Source of the DNA: Macrostomum lignano
Lineage: Eukaryota
Assembly (NCBI GenBank): GCA_002269645.1
Contig: NIVC01005050.1
Location: 1 to 27,771 of the forward strand
Direction of reading: 5' to 3'
DNA: 27,771 bases
The translations under genes were made by a program, and so were the position numbers. Under the pieces are notes generated by a model. That model was given only the letters and a program-made list of their open reading frames with translations. It did not search any database and was not told where the DNA came from. This document shows positions 26,941-27,771 of the stretch, piece after piece. The first letter of the stretch is position 1. Every line of letters begins with the position of its first letter.

Positions 26941-27420
26941 ATTTGTGCGCCATCTATGCACCATCTATGCGCCATCTATGCGCCATTTGTGCACTGTCTA
27001 TGCGCCACTCTTCACGAGTAGAGTTTTCTAAGAAAGGCCTTCGTACAAAAAGCCTTTTTAAAATGTTACACATATTTTCATTTTAAACAAACTTAAATTA
27101 TACCTACAAATAGAGTAATGCAAAATTGACGTTTTTAGCAATAATTTATACTAATTTTATTTACTGTTAATTTTAAAGAAGCAAAAAGTTTATCACTGAC
27201 TTTCTAGACTATACAAATCTCCTTTATTTTACGTAAAATTGTTAATTTGCATTACAATTTTCATGCATGTCAGGGACCTTATGCGCCGCAATTATGTGCC
27301 CCATGCGCTAGGGACCTCAGTGTGCGCCATGATTGTGCACCAAATGCGCCAAGGAGTCCTTGGCAAGGACCCTTTGTGTGCGCCGCACTTGTGCGCCAAT
27401 GTGTGCCAAGACCCTTTGTG
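26941..27420. repeat. Two clusters of short tgtgcgcc/tatgcgcca repeats (about 26941-27008 and 27280-27420)
   Basis: The repeated motif is visible; probably subterminal repeats of an unidentified element. Confidence 0.55.
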
Positions 27421-27771
27421 TGTGCAGGAATTTTCCCCCTCAGAGGCCACCTTCCTGACTATGGATTCTAATGAGCCACTTATTAATCATGGGTGCTGGT
27501 AAATTCATCTACTGGTAAATTTGTCAAATGGTAGCCTATATATATTTATCAGTATAGTACAGTATGTGCAGCAGTCTACATGCTCAGATATAATAATAGA
27601 TTCATAAAATTTATGAGCCAAATTGTGTCATTGTAATGCTAGTTTTTAGGCACAGGACATGAAAATTGTCAATCATGATAGATAATGCTTGCAGATTGTC
27701 TATTGCTGGAATGTCTTTTCACCAGATTGACTAGATAAAAGACAGCAGCGCACTGCAGTACCCAGCAGTCT

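Overview
Eukaryotic (metazoan) genomic DNA with spliced GT-AG genes, not prokaryotic. Introns packed with 4-35 bp tandem repeats and homopolymer frameshifts resemble a long-read assembly of a free-living flatworm such as Macrostomum; this is my inference, not shown by the sequence. Five protein genes can be rebuilt by hand. (1) A minus-strand ankyrin-repeat, probably TRPA-like, channel gene running off the left edge, broken by about 9 single-base homopolymer frameshifts. (2) A 5-exon CK1-family pseudokinase (576 aa; HRD>HNA, DFG>NFN). (3) A 4-exon pleiotrophin/midkine-like gene with three PTN/MK modules and a long N-terminal leader. (4) An intronless tandem DUF1330-like gene. (5) A 5-exon SEPT2-group septin. 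Between and inside these lie at least five MITE/foldback elements (three with target-site duplications) and many mini- and microsatellites, including an 8-copy array carrying the AP-1 motif TGAGTCA just 3' of the pleiotrophin-like gene. Most long ORFs in the supplied track are translations of repeats.
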